Assembly: GCF_018977255.1 (NCBI RefSeq)
Contig: NW_024704877.1
Location: forward strand, 62,001-126,000
DNA length: 64,000 nt
From: Callorhinchus milii
Taxonomy: Eukaryota
Direction: 5' to 3'
This document shows positions 64,000-64,000 of this stretch, one piece after another. Made by a program: the position numbers and the translations under genes. Under the pieces are notes generated by a model that was not told where the DNA came from, did no database searches, and saw only the letters and a list, made by a program, of their open reading frames with translations. Position 1 is the first letter of the stretch. Each line of letters starts with the position of its first letter.

Positions 64000-64000
64000 A

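Overview
Cartilaginous-fish genomic DNA (probably a holocephalan such as Callorhinchus, inferred only from the abundant tRNA-derived SINE; not verified) at the edge of a T-cell receptor alpha/delta V array. Left part (1-33 kb): a frameshifted two-exon GPR139-like GPCR, a Penelope-like element with a hammerhead-ribozyme core, about 3 kb of GA/GT microsatellite, a CpG-island promoter (ZNF143 and YY1 motifs), a tRNA-Asn pseudogene, a CD163/WC1/SCART-like 5-SRCR transmembrane gene carrying three lesions, minisatellites and L2/SINE debris. Right part (33-64 kb): about 18 minus-strand V segments or relics with 23-bp-spacer RSSs, mostly pseudogenes. These include one complete NAR-TCR cassette (leader, NAR-type V, 12/12 D, J, then a leaderless supporting V-delta with a CDR1 Cys) and a second, unusual cassette. 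In the second, an unrearranged NAR-type J is followed by an open, apparently leaderless, germline-joined NAR V(D)J exon and then a second supporting V-delta, all with phase-1 splice sites. This arrangement predicts a TCR-delta chain with three tandem V domains, which is the main candidate novelty. Coordinates were read by hand; repeat boundaries are approximate.
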